Assembly (NCBI GenBank): GCA_016188915.1
Contig: JACPGU010000004.1
Location: 40,198 to 104,197 of the forward strand
DNA: 64,000 bases
Source of the DNA: Candidatus Microgenomates bacterium
Lineage (GTDB): Bacteria > Patescibacteriota > JACPGU01
Direction: 5' to 3'
Shown in pieces: positions 28,246-38,259 of the stretch. Below the pieces are notes generated by a model, which saw nothing but the letters and a program-made list of their open reading frames with translations, searched no databases and was not told the origin of the DNA. Position 1 is the first letter of the stretch; every line of letters begins with the position of its first letter. Both the position numbers and the translations under genes were made by a program.

Positions 28246-29139
28246 ATGGAGATAAAAACTCTTCTCCAAGAATTTTGTGATTATGCTCTCTATGCTCGAG
28301 GTCGGTCGAATAATACCATTAAGGGATATAGGTTTATTGCGAATCTTTTTTGTAAGGATACTGGAGTCGCCGAGATTGAAGATATTACCACCGATCTTGT
28401 TCGCAATTGGTTCTATCTAGGGAGGAAGGACAGAAAGTGGGCTCCTGCATGTTCTATTTCCTATCATAAGAACCTGACGGTTTTCTTCCGTTGGTGCCTA
28501 GACAACGGCTATCTAAAAAGCAACCCTTGCGATGATGTCGAATTACCTAAATTAGACAAGAGACTTCCTCCAAAATTAACCAAACAAGATTCTGCCAAAT
28601 TGCTAGAGTTTGTCTATAACTACCCGTATAATTATAGATTTCTGAGATTTAGGAATCATGCAATTTTTGCCACATTCATATTCGCAGGATTAAGGAAAGC
28701 CGAGCTATTAAATCTAAAATATACCGATGTTGATATCGAAAATATGTCTATTTTTATCAGACAGGGTAAGGGAAATAAAGATCGGATAGTCCCAATGTGT
28801 TATTCTCTGTCGACGATACTCAGAAAATACTTAGACGAAAGAAAACGACTACATAAAACTTGCCCCGAATTTTTCGCCTCTCTAAACCGTAATATGGGAT
28901 TTTGTGATAGTGGGCTAAGAAATCTAACCGTAAAAATGAGAGAAGAATCGGGGATTAAGTTTGGGATTCATAAATTACGCCATACCTTTGCCACCCTAAT
29001 GCTTGAAGGCGGTTGTGATATTTTCTCGCTATCAAAAATGATGGGGCATAGCGACATTAAAACAACGACCATCTATTTAGCCGCCAGCGTTGAACATCTG
29101 AGAAAGCAGATTTTGAATCACCCACTCAACAATTTATAA
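28246..29139 (+). CDS. Tyrosine recombinase/integrase (XerC/D-like)
   Basis: AGLRKAE, GKGNKDR, HKLRH, GHSDIKTTTIY catalytic residues. Confidence 0.95.
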   Translation: MEIKTLLQEFCDYALYARGRSNNTIKGYRFIANLFCKDTGVAEIEDITTDLVRNWFYLGRKDRKWAPACSISYHKNLTVFFRWCLDNGYLKSNPCDDVELPKLDKRLPPKLTKQDSAKLLEFVYNYPYNYRFLRFRNHAIFATFIFAGLRKAELLNLKYTDVDIENMSIFIRQGKGNKDRIVPMCYSLSTILRKYLDERKRLHKTCPEFFASLNRNMGFCDSGLRNLTVKMREESGIKFGIHKLRHTFATLMLEGGCDIFSLSKMMGHSDIKTTTIYLAASVEHLRKQILNHPLNNL

Positions 29140-29162
29140 AATTAATCAAGAAAGGAGTTACT

Positions 29163-29732
29163 ATGAGAAAAATAGCCATATATGTGCGTGTTAGCACAGG
29201 AGAGCAGGATACGGATAATCAGATAACGCCCTTAAGCCAATATACAACCGATAGGGGCTGGGAGGTGTATAAGATATACGAAGATAAGGTCAGTGGGTCA
29301 AAAGAAGACAGAGAGGCCTTAAAAGAGCTTATGGACGATGCCCATAAGAGGAAATTTGACTGTATTATTGTTTTTAGATTTGATCGGTTCAGCCGGAGCT
29401 CCCGTCAACTTATTAATTCTCTCGATGTGTTTAAGTCACTTGGAATAGACTTCATTAGCTATCAAGAGAATATAGATACAACCACTCCAGCGGGCAAGGC
29501 GATGTTTACTATGATTTCTGCTTTTGCCGAGTTCGAGAGATCAATTATCCGTGAAAGAGTAAATGCCGGTATCGCCAAGGCTAGAGCAAGGGGCACTAAG
29601 CTAGGCAGGCCAAAAATAAAAATCGATATAGATCTACTAAAGAAATTGAAAAACAAGGGGTTGTCAATTCGCAAAATAGCCAAGGAGCTAGAAGTTCCGA
29701 AATCTACGGTGCATAGTCATCTGTGTGCGTAA
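29163..29732 (+). CDS. Small serine recombinase (resolvase/invertase)
   Basis: YVRVST, DRFSRS, AEFERSIIRER, C-terminal HTH. Confidence 0.95.
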   Translation: MRKIAIYVRVSTGEQDTDNQITPLSQYTTDRGWEVYKIYEDKVSGSKEDREALKELMDDAHKRKFDCIIVFRFDRFSRSSRQLINSLDVFKSLGIDFISYQENIDTTTPAGKAMFTMISAFAEFERSIIRERVNAGIAKARARGTKLGRPKIKIDIDLLKKLKNKGLSIRKIAKELEVPKSTVHSHLCA

Positions 29733-29739
29733 TCTGAGC

Positions 29740-29829
29740 TGTCCGTAAAACCATATCAAAAAGATGACAATATTGAACCTATAAAAGTTTCTCAAAAAGT
29801 TTGTACGATAAACAACTGTTTTTGGGACA
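29740..29829. promoter_or_regulatory. Candidate res site
   Basis: TGTCCGTAAAAC (29740), TGTACGATAAAC (29802) and inverted GTTTTTGGGACA (29818) directly after the resolvase. Confidence 0.55.
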
Positions 29830-30050
29830 ACAAAAGAGGTTAGACGAATAATTATCTGTCTGGCCTTTCGGTTCTTGGTTCCATCATATTATTATCCATA
29901 GCCCACTTTCTTAGTTTTTGGTTTAATGGTAAATTTTAGAGGCTAAGATCGATGTTCTGTGCGATAATGTAGCCAAGATTATTATATCATTTAAATATAA
30001 GAATAAGATTGTTCGTTTTCTTAGCTTAAACAAGGAACAAAGCTTTGATT

Positions 30051-31091
30051 TTAGCCTCTATTTTTTACCATTAAGCCTAGTTTTTCTATCCTCCTTAGTG
30101 CCCTTTGTTTATCCTTGTTGCTGTATTTTTCTATGGCATCCTTTTGTTGCTTCTCCCATTCGAAAAATCCCTCTCCATGCTCTATCATACTTTTGTCAAG
30201 ATTTAGTATCTGTAGCTCCACCTCTTTCTTTGTTATATCGGGGAGACCTTTAATGTAGTTGTAGAAGTGTTGGGTGTTCTCGTCTTCGTCTGCAATCTTT
30301 TCGATTGCCATCATATATTCTTTTGATAGAAGCTTACCAATCTGCTCAATTTGACTTTTTTCTAAAACAGGAAAAGGATTGTCTATCCCTGTTTTTTTAC
30401 TCCAATCGAACTTTATCGCTCCGATAGGGTATTTTAATAGGTGCAGAGTCACGACCAAAGTTGTTATTTCTCGATAAACATATAACCACTCCAATAAGGT
30501 TTTTTCTTGGAATGTCTGAAAGTTTGATTTCAGGATTCCTAGGTGGTTAGAATATCGATACCCTTTTGTGTGAACATAATTATGTAGAAGGCCTAGTTTA
30601 TTAAACCGTTCGCGAAGATTGAGCTTTTGATCAAATGTTTTAATGTTAGCGTTTGAGTATAGTATGTTCTGGATCCTATCTGCTTTCGGTGTATTTGAGT
30701 CCCAAGAGTCCTTCGACATTAGCCAATCTTTAACTGTTTTGTGCCCATCGTCGTTAATGTTGTAATAAACAGACAGCAATCCTAGTTCAAGGCTACTACG
30801 TAGTGATACGAAAGCTTGCTTATAAAAACCAAAGACCATGAGATTAAATGATATTTGTAGCTCTTCCCATGATTCTATATATGGGAAATAATGACCAGAC
30901 GAAAAATTCTCAATTGTTTGAGGTATTATGTCTCCTATGCCTTGATAAATCCACCCTACATCCTTGATCTCTTCTTTTATCTTTGGGTTTTTTAAGAAAA
31001 AAGCTTCTGTTTCCCTTAAAACAACATTACTTTTTTCCGGATCGTATGTGAACGGCATGTAATTAGCTGGGAATGGAATTGGGTTGCCCAT
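30051..31091 (-). CDS. Hypothetical cytoplasmic protein (island cargo)
   Basis: 346-aa ORF, helical, LRSSLE and LHNYVH motifs. Confidence 0.7.
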   Translation of the reverse strand: MGNPIPFPANYMPFTYDPEKSNVVLRETEAFFLKNPKIKEEIKDVGWIYQGIGDIIPQTIENFSSGHYFPYIESWEELQISFNLMVFGFYKQAFVSLRSSLELGLLSVYYNINDDGHKTVKDWLMSKDSWDSNTPKADRIQNILYSNANIKTFDQKLNLRERFNKLGLLHNYVHTKGYRYSNHLGILKSNFQTFQEKTLLEWLYVYREITTLVVTLHLLKYPIGAIKFDWSKKTGIDNPFPVLEKSQIEQIGKLLSKEYMMAIEKIADEDENTQHFYNYIKGLPDITKKEVELQILNLDKSMIEHGEGFFEWEKQQKDAIEKYSNKDKQRALRRIEKLGLMVKNRG

Positions 31092-31390
31092 TTATAATTT
31101 GATAATCATCGTTTATTTTATACAGATACCGAATAACAACCGAATATTACTCTTTGAGAGTTCTCGCACGGCAACGGCCGAAAGGGGGCTCAAATGCGAG
31201 TGGGGTGGTTGTTTCGGAGCTTTTGTCTAGGTAGGGTTGTTCTGTAGTAAAACCCTCACGCGTTTTTAGGATGCTGAAAAAAATTCTATAATTTTTTTAA
31301 AGCATTTGTTCACTTAACAAGTGTTTTTAGAACTCTGCTTTCTTTTTACTCCTTCCTCCTCAAAACCCCGAGCGTAAGCTCGCGGGAAGC

Positions 31391-31672
31391 TTATGGTTCT
31401 GAAACCGTATCTACGGTGTCCATGCTGTCTAGAGCATATCCCATATCATCATAACTCTCCCAGGTATACCATTTTGCATCCTCTATGATGCTGTTGGCTT
31501 GTTCTATGTTGTCGTTAGCTTCACTTAACGCACTACGATACTCATCTATAGTGTCTTCCAGAGATGAATTTTGGCTTTGCAGGTCGGATATGGTGTTGTG
31601 GCTACTCCAAAGCCAAATGCCTGCTATCAATACTATAACAATGATTATCGTAGTTTCTTTTTTTTGTTCCAT
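31391..31672 (-). CDS. Small membrane-anchored coiled-coil protein
   Basis: TM helix plus heptad pattern; followed by a terminator-like hairpin. Confidence 0.7.
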   Translation of the reverse strand: MEQKKETTIIIVIVLIAGIWLWSSHNTISDLQSQNSSLEDTIDEYRSALSEANDNIEQANSIIEDAKWYTWESYDDMGYALDSMDTVDTVSEP

Positions 31673-31676
31673 AGAG

Positions 31677-31903
31677 CTATCTATTTATTCCGTAACTTCT
31701 CGAACACACTTTATAGCTTAATTCAAGAACTGAAAGTGTACCAGCTTTTTTATTAGCTATATTAGCTAGCATTTTTTGTTACATGCAATCGTTGTAACCA
31801 TTGGTCTTATCTCAAACCAGCCAAAAAGCAAGACAAATAAAACTACCCACAAAATAGTTGTTAAGTGTTTTTTAATGGGTGTCAAAATATGCTTTATCTT
31901 CAT
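31677..31903 (-). pseudogene. Frameshifted small membrane protein gene
   Basis: ATG 31903, TM + WFEIRP..C; stops just after an A6 run, and one extra A extends it to TAG 31677-31679 just before the next ATG. Confidence 0.6.
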
Positions 31904-31912
31904 TGTTACCTA

Positions 31913-32218
31913 TTATTTCTTTGGTAGTCGTCCACCGCTACTCAAGCAATCCGCGATAGAGTTATAGGGGGTAAAATTGGTCGTTTTCGAATAATAAGTG
32001 GTGCCTTCTCCATGGCAAATCCCCGTAGTGCTTTTTTTGACAGGAGGGTTTTCGGAGTCGCTACCACTACTAGGAATACTTTGGGTATTCTCTTGCTTGG
32101 CACTGCTATTTTTTGTACTACTTGCCCCTTTTGAATAGGCGAACACCAAACCAGCCATTACTAGGATGGCAACAACTACACCGATTATGACCCTGTATGT
32201 TGTGTTGAGCTTTACCAT
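31913..32218 (-). CDS. Membrane-anchored protein with a small Cys/His domain
   Basis: C-terminal VKKSTTGICH..GTTYY..FTPYNSIADCLSSGGRLP, homologous to the nuclease C-terminus. Confidence 0.75.
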   Translation of the reverse strand: MVKLNTTYRVIIGVVVAILVMAGLVFAYSKGASSTKNSSAKQENTQSIPSSGSDSENPPVKKSTTGICHGEGTTYYSKTTNFTPYNSIADCLSSGGRLPKK

Positions 32219-32445
32219 TTCTTATATCCTTTCTTGCTAGTGAAGGGGTTAAAATTACCTTTTGATGAAAAGTTATTAAACTTTTTCTTATCTGACTTTG
32301 TTTTATAATAAGGCATTACATAGGTGCCTCTCTTGGTGCTATAGCCCTTGACTCTCACATAAGCACTGGCAGAATTTGGCACAGCAAAAATCCCTATAGT
32401 CAGGATAAATAGACCCAAGACGATCGTGCCAATATATCTTTTCAT
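32212..32445 (-). CDS. Small basic secreted protein
   Basis: RBS AAGGGAG, signal peptide ending ASA, YVRVKGYSTKRGTYVMPYYKT. Confidence 0.75.
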   Translation of the reverse strand: MKRYIGTIVLGLFILTIGIFAVPNSASAYVRVKGYSTKRGTYVMPYYKTKSDKKKFNNFSSKGNFNPFTSKKGYKKW

Positions 32446-32506
32446 TTTTCTCCCTTCTGATTATTTGTGGCTGTATTATACACATTAATTAGTAGAAAAG
32501 ATAGCC

Positions 32507-33469
32507 CTATCTTAACGGAAGTCTGCCTCCACTATCTAAGCATTCGTCAATAGTATTGTATGGCGTAAAGTAAATTGTTTGATTGTAATAGGTGGTTCCG
32601 GGAGCATGACAAATGCTGGTCTTACTTTTCTTTACTGGGAGTGTTGTAGTTGTAGTAGAAGGTGGGAGAGTCGGAGTTGTTGGTTGAGTAGCTGTCGGCG
32701 AACTCCCGCCAGATGTATTTTGGGTCGGAGTAGTTGCTTCTTGGGTCGTATCGCCCCCACACGCAGAGGCACTCCAAAGGCCTCTATTTGCCTCTATAGC
32801 TTGTTTCTCCGCCTCTTTGAACTCTTGTTGGTATTTGTAGGGATTGCTCTGATAGGTGTATTCATGAGCGTAGCCGTCTAGGATCATTTTTTTATTAAAG
32901 TTTGTGCCGTCTTCAAGAAAAACAAACCGCAACAATCTCCCGTATTTGTCTCTTTCGTTTTGTGTAAGGTCTTTTTCAAGACGCACTTTTTGTTCTGTAA
33001 GGATCATTTTGGCTCTGTCTGAGGCCTCTTTGCCGAAGCATTGTACTGGCTTGCGAGGATCTACCGTTTCCGGTGTGTCTATACCAACAAGCCGAATGGC
33101 TTCTAGCTTGCCACTTATCTCAACCTTGATAGTGTCGCCATCAGTAACGCTGGCTACTAGATAGAGGGTATCGTCGAGCGAAGTGGTGCTATCTTCTGCT
33201 GACTTCTCTTGCTGATTTTTACTTGCTTCTATATTTGCTTCATCCTTAGTTTGTTTTGGCTGATTAGTGTTTGTGGCACCATTGGTTGTTTTTGGAGCTG
33301 TAAGCCCAACGCCAACGAAAAACACAAAACTGGCAATACCAAAAATTAGGCCTATCGATTTTCTCGCAACACTGCCTTTCAAAATACGAGAGAAAATAGA
33401 TGGCTTAATGAGACCAGCAACCAAGGAGATTAGAGATAGGATAAACAGCAGAAAAAATACAAGAGTCAT
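32507..33469 (-). CDS. Membrane-anchored thermonuclease (SNase family)
   Basis: VTDGDT, IRLVGIDTPE, DKYGRLL, RGLW. Confidence 0.92.
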   Translation of the reverse strand: MTLVFFLLFILSLISLVAGLIKPSIFSRILKGSVARKSIGLIFGIASFVFFVGVGLTAPKTTNGATNTNQPKQTKDEANIEASKNQQEKSAEDSTTSLDDTLYLVASVTDGDTIKVEISGKLEAIRLVGIDTPETVDPRKPVQCFGKEASDRAKMILTEQKVRLEKDLTQNERDKYGRLLRFVFLEDGTNFNKKMILDGYAHEYTYQSNPYKYQQEFKEAEKQAIEANRGLWSASACGGDTTQEATTPTQNTSGGSSPTATQPTTPTLPPSTTTTTLPVKKSKTSICHAPGTTYYNQTIYFTPYNTIDECLDSGGRLPLR

Positions 33470-33480
33470 AAGATTCGTTT

Positions 33481-33921
33481 TTATAGATAGTATTCATAAA
33501 GAAAATATCCGATGACGGCTATCAAAAATCCTATGCCAAGTATCTTCCAAATTGCTCCAACGCCATCACGCTCATTATCGGTCGTTTGATTACTTTGCGA
33601 TACTGATGTTACGGCTTGATTATTTACCTTCGCCTCTTCTTTTTTTGGCTCCGGTATCACAGGCGGAGGAGTAGGATTGACTTGTAGCTGGGGTGTAGTT
33701 GGCAATAATCTTTTTGGCTCTGTACAGCTCGGATAATATGGAGCACAAGTAGCAGAAAATGGCGTGCCATCATTACAGCCACAGGTGCCTACTCCACCAT
33801 GGTGCGAGCAACATCCAGATCGAGCATATGATGTAACCGGAATCGTGATTACAGCAACAAACATGAAAAAACTAGCGATACCTATGTTTAGACGCAATTT
33901 GTTATCGTTCTGGTTATGCAT
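33481..33921 (-). CDS. Secreted Cys-rich protein with C-terminal TM anchor
   Basis: Signal peptide, RSGCCSHHGGV..CGCNDG, Pro-rich linker, TM. Confidence 0.75.
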   Translation of the reverse strand: MHNQNDNKLRLNIGIASFFMFVAVITIPVTSYARSGCCSHHGGVGTCGCNDGTPFSATCAPYYPSCTEPKRLLPTTPQLQVNPTPPPVIPEPKKEEAKVNNQAVTSVSQSNQTTDNERDGVGAIWKILGIGFLIAVIGYFLYEYYL

Positions 33922-35359
33922 TTTTTAAAATAGGAATTTTGAATTCGTTTACCGCCCTGCTGATGCCTTGTTTCATTGATGTGTACATTTTCTTTAGTTT
34001 CAATATTTTCTTGTCCCACATACTTTCAATCTTAATCATAGTCTCTTTTTGGCGACCAACACTCTCATTTATAGATTTTACTTCTGCGTTTATTCTACTG
34101 ATGTTGTCCTCTGTATTTTTCTTTAATACTTCAATCTCTGGATAAAAAGTAGCATTTTGTAATATGGTTTTTTTGCTTTCCTCTAATTGAACGATCTCAT
34201 TTTTTAATCTGCTAATCTTTTTTATACACACTCTACGATGCTTAATATTGCGTAGCTTAAAAGTGATATTTAGAATAATGAGAGTTATCGTTGTAAATAG
34301 TAATTCAATAGGTGCAGTAACGTGTTGCTGTTTGAGGCCAATATGTTTCCACCAATATGTTACAAGTAGGGAAGCTGGTATTGTAAAAATCCTGAAGACT
34401 TGGTTAAAATTATGTGTAATATCAGAACTAGATGCCGACCATAAGATAGCTAAAGTGATTGCCAATATTCCTAAAGCAAAGTTGACGATCAGATAAATAG
34501 CGTAAAAAGCCTTTGCGTAGGTATTGCTATTTTTCGATACAGATGGGTATGTGAGCTCCGCAAGTAAAAGGAGGGAGATTGGGATTACTACACCAAAAAT
34601 TACACACCACATATTCAGGCTTATTTCTGAAAGCCCATAATTGATGAATACCTCTCGTGCGAGTCCAAACATTATGAATACTTCCGCAAGGAATAATATT
34701 ATGGCAGGCAAAGCTATTATAATTTTTATGATACTTTCCGACAATATACTGGACAATTCATTTTGCCTTGCAGATAACCCATGTATCTTTTGTAATAAAT
34801 CCTCCGATTCCTTACTCTTTTCCCTAAACTCTCGTTCTAGGCTCTGTATGGCGATTCGGTAATCGTCTATCTGCTTATTAATTTCGTTGATCTGTTTTTC
34901 TGCTCCGTTAATATGATCTTTATACTCTTTAGACCCCCGCAGTGTCTTTTCTCCGTTCACCATATCATCTAGTGTAGTATCAGTATCTCGCAGGAGTTGC
35001 TTTTTTCGTTCCTCAAGAGCAGAAATATTATTTCTTATCTCCTCGGATTTTCTTTTTAATATACTTTCTGCTTCTTCTATTCTTTTATCAAAATCGTAGC
35101 CTTCTAGTACAGAATTTTGTATCTCGGACGAGAATATCGGCGATAACTTTGTCGCTGATAGATTAGTATTATTTTCTGACAGGCTTCGCCAAATAGCTAT
35201 ACCGGCTCTTTTTATTTTACCCTTCGCCAATCTATATCCCCTGAATTCGTAATCAAATCTATACTTGAGAGCAAAGTATGTCTTGATTAATACAGCTATA
35301 ACTAAAACGGTTGCTAGTCCATATAGAGCCATGATGATGTTGTCTTTCTGTATGATCAT
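33914..35359 (-). CDS. Multi-pass membrane coiled-coil protein
   Basis: 481 aa; coiled coils flanking several TM helices. Confidence 0.7.
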   Translation of the reverse strand: MIIQKDNIIMALYGLATVLVIAVLIKTYFALKYRFDYEFRGYRLAKGKIKRAGIAIWRSLSENNTNLSATKLSPIFSSEIQNSVLEGYDFDKRIEEAESILKRKSEEIRNNISALEERKKQLLRDTDTTLDDMVNGEKTLRGSKEYKDHINGAEKQINEINKQIDDYRIAIQSLEREFREKSKESEDLLQKIHGLSARQNELSSILSESIIKIIIALPAIILFLAEVFIMFGLAREVFINYGLSEISLNMWCVIFGVVIPISLLLLAELTYPSVSKNSNTYAKAFYAIYLIVNFALGILAITLAILWSASSSDITHNFNQVFRIFTIPASLLVTYWWKHIGLKQQHVTAPIELLFTTITLIILNITFKLRNIKHRRVCIKKISRLKNEIVQLEESKKTILQNATFYPEIEVLKKNTEDNISRINAEVKSINESVGRQKETMIKIESMWDKKILKLKKMYTSMKQGISRAVNEFKIPILKNA

Positions 35360-35361
35360 GA

Positions 35362-36681
35362 TTAAGAAGTTAATAGTTTATCGTAGATGGTTTTTATCTC
35401 GTCGCGACAAGCTCCGATTGATCCGCTGTCTGTTAGCCCTACGGGTATTATCTGTATACTGTATGGTTTTTGCGTAAAGTTAGCTTTTAGGTTCTGTACC
35501 TGCCATGATCCCAAATAGTAACTAGAAAAATTATCATTTTTTTGTGGGCGACTACCGCATTGCTTGCTGGAGTCTGAACTTTGATCTTGTAGGCACTGCT
35601 CATAGGTCTGTATTCTGTAAATAAATTGTGCTGATATGTAGTTTTTATATCTCGTGCAGTCAGAATAAGTGAGTCCATAAGCATAATAAGCAAAGGGAAA
35701 TTTTATGTTACCTGCAACTATCAATACGCCAGTTATGTTTTTATAGCCCCTATTCACATAACCGTTCATATATTCGTTTATTTTGGCGTAGTAATCAGTA
35801 AAATTAATATCCTCCGGCTTGTTTCCAACATCGCTAAAATAGGCTTTTATTTTTGATACGATATCTTTGTAACCATAGACCGTCATTGTCTTTTCTCTGC
35901 CATCGTCATCGTTCTGTTTGTCATTATCGATTGCATCAAATTCTATTACTTTCGTACCGTTGTGATCGTAATTAGTAATCTTCATAGATATGTTGATTTT
36001 CCTTGTCAGCTTAAGCGATTTATTAGATCCATAAACATCTAAGACCAAGCTATCATTGAACTTAAGTGGTCCCTGCTTATTAAAAATATCCGCGATAACG
36101 CTGTCTGTATCGTCATCACTTAATTTGCTAGATAGGTTTATATATGTAAGCTTGCGTTCCGCGGTTTGGCTATCAACCATCATAAACTCATCTTTGAATT
36201 CTCTATTTAAGCATTGATTGTTTTTACATGAGGCGAGAATTTTATCAACCGAAATATGAATAGGCGTTTTATTGATACTGTCGCTTTCTATTGGTACAAG
36301 ATCAAGGGACGACCCTATTTCATTTCCATTCATTTTATAGTCAAAATATTTTTCCATCCTTTTGGTAAATATGATTTTCATGGTTGTCTTGCTGTTTCCT
36401 CCGGCAAGAATAGTCCTAGCATTGTCATTTTTGTAAATGAATATCCCTCCAAGCAAAACTATCAGGATGAATATCCCGATTATAGTTGCGATAATTAATG
36501 TTTCCTTGATAGTTCCTGTCATTTTCTTACCACAATTAGAACAAAAGGAAGCTTTTTTTACCTCTTTATTACAATTACTGCATTTTATTTTCGTTTTACC
36601 CGTAACCACAGAATAACCACAGTCAACGCAAAAATTGACTCCTTCGTCTAGCTCATGACCACATTGAATACAGTTGGGCAT
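35362..36681 (-). CDS. Double zinc-ribbon membrane protein
   Basis: Four CxxC pairs, TM helix, large extracytoplasmic domain. Confidence 0.75.
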   Translation of the reverse strand: MPNCIQCGHELDEGVNFCVDCGYSVVTGKTKIKCSNCNKEVKKASFCSNCGKKMTGTIKETLIIATIIGIFILIVLLGGIFIYKNDNARTILAGGNSKTTMKIIFTKRMEKYFDYKMNGNEIGSSLDLVPIESDSINKTPIHISVDKILASCKNNQCLNREFKDEFMMVDSQTAERKLTYINLSSKLSDDDTDSVIADIFNKQGPLKFNDSLVLDVYGSNKSLKLTRKINISMKITNYDHNGTKVIEFDAIDNDKQNDDDGREKTMTVYGYKDIVSKIKAYFSDVGNKPEDINFTDYYAKINEYMNGYVNRGYKNITGVLIVAGNIKFPFAYYAYGLTYSDCTRYKNYISAQFIYRIQTYEQCLQDQSSDSSKQCGSRPQKNDNFSSYYLGSWQVQNLKANFTQKPYSIQIIPVGLTDSGSIGACRDEIKTIYDKLLTS

Positions 36682-36879
36682 GCGTGTAATCTTAGATAAA
36701 ATAAGAGATTAGAGTATTGCTAAGGACTACCGTGGTTGCCATAACTCTAAGTTATACCTATGATAAGCTATTATTTAGATAATTGCAAGGCCCGGAGAGC
36801 GTAAAGGCAGATGATGCCCACAGCAATCCTATAGTTTAAGAAAAAAGCCTTTTATCCGAGTCATGATTGACGGTTTAGC

Positions 36880-37392
36880 CTAATTGTTTTGGCTATCAAG
36901 ATTTTCCAGTGCCCTTAGTGCCTCCTCTCTCTCGTATGGGTTGAACGACTGGATCGTTATAGGCTCTTTTCCTGTGATGTCAGATAACTGATGATGGCTG
37001 GTTTTAGTCACCACTAACTGATATTTTCTATCTTTACATATAATCTCGTAATCACCATTAAGGAAATCTAAAAATTCACTCAAGTCGCCTTTGTCTATCA
37101 ATGTGTGATAACTGCAATAACTTCCCTTTTCATCAATTCTTGGGCGACTTTGGATTATGATATGATTTGTCTCCATATCGCGAACAGCGAAGAATGCTCC
37201 TGTAGTTAGCCATTGCCCACAGCGATTTTCTGAAATACCGCCATAATCCTTTGGGGCGTATCGATAATACATCATCATTTTTTCTAGATCGTACCCGTTC
37301 TTAACAGACATAAGAGCGTCCCATTCTTTGCGACTAAAAACCTTAATATCATCTTGGGTATCGCCAGCCTTTTCTTCCTTATTTGGTTTCAT
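36880..37392 (-). CDS. Hypothetical protein
   Basis: ORF overlapping the upstream gene end; likely start MKPNK. Confidence 0.55.
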   Translation of the reverse strand: MKPNKEEKAGDTQDDIKVFSRKEWDALMSVKNGYDLEKMMMYYRYAPKDYGGISENRCGQWLTTGAFFAVRDMETNHIIIQSRPRIDEKGSYCSYHTLIDKGDLSEFLDFLNGDYEIICKDRKYQLVVTKTSHHQLSDITGKEPITIQSFNPYEREEALRALENLDSQNN

Positions 37393-37705
37393 GAGGCCTT
37401 CTTTTAGTAATAGCAAGATTGACTATGAAGATAACGCTAGCCACCACATTAAAAGTCGCCCATATTTCTCTTTGGAAGTAAAAAGAGGCGATGGGGTTAA
37501 AAATGATAGCGATAACAGCGAATATCCAAAGCCAGAGTTGATCTTTCTCCTCGTATTCACTATACGCAGAATACGCGGAGACACCACAAACTAACCATCG
37601 CAGGAACTGATAGTAGAAATACGGCCAGTGCAAAACGGCTATCAATAAAGCGATAGCCGAAATAGCCTTTAAGGTGGCTAAGTAATTGGTATCGTGTTTA
37701 TTCAT
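37379..37705 (-). CDS. Small membrane protein (DUF6804-like)
   Basis: WPYFYYQFLRWLVC..IAIIFNPI pattern. Confidence 0.7.
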   Translation of the reverse strand: MNKHDTNYLATLKAISAIALLIAVLHWPYFYYQFLRWLVCGVSAYSAYSEYEEKDQLWLWIFAVIAIIFNPIASFYFQREIWATFNVVASVIFIVNLAITKRRPHETK

Positions 37706-38259
37706 GAGGGCACATAGATGTTTGCTATATTAAAAAGTTCTTGCATCATGGGGATTTCTTTGTATTCAGCCAAGAGAGAGACCTGACGCGATATACCTCC
37801 CTCCCTAAACATCTCTCTGGCTTTCTTTGTTTTGCCTAAATGATGGAGAGAGCCGGCGTATAGAAAGACGATATCTGCCATCGGAAGGCCATCGAAACCA
37901 TAAGGTTGGGCACCTATTTTCATATCATGAATATCGCAAGTAAGCTTTTCGCATTTCTCATATTCGCCGAGGCAATATAGGGCAACGGCACTGAAGAAGT
38001 AGGGGAGATAAAAGTTCGGATGCTCTTTCGTCATTCCCTCCATTGCTCCCAACGCTTTTTGGAAGTTTTCTTTACTGTGATCGCGTGAAAAGGAATCCAT
38101 CACCTTAGACATCCTAATATATCCCCTGATAAGATCAGATTTATCATTTGACATAAGGGAGTTGAATATGGAGTATTGGTCTTTCTTGGCGGGCATAAGA
38201 TTATTTTTATTCTTTTTGGTTGTAATGGTTATGAGGGGAAACCAGCTCTTTATTTTCAA
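37702..38259 (-). CDS. TPR-like hypothetical protein
   Basis: AVALYCLGEYEKC and AGSLHHLGKTKKA helical repeats; start uncertain. Confidence 0.6.
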   Translation of the reverse strand: MKIKSWFPLITITTKKNKNNLMPAKKDQYSIFNSLMSNDKSDLIRGYIRMSKVMDSFSRDHSKENFQKALGAMEGMTKEHPNFYLPYFFSAVALYCLGEYEKCEKLTCDIHDMKIGAQPYGFDGLPMADIVFLYAGSLHHLGKTKKAREMFREGGISRQVSLLAEYKEIPMMQELFNIANIYVPS

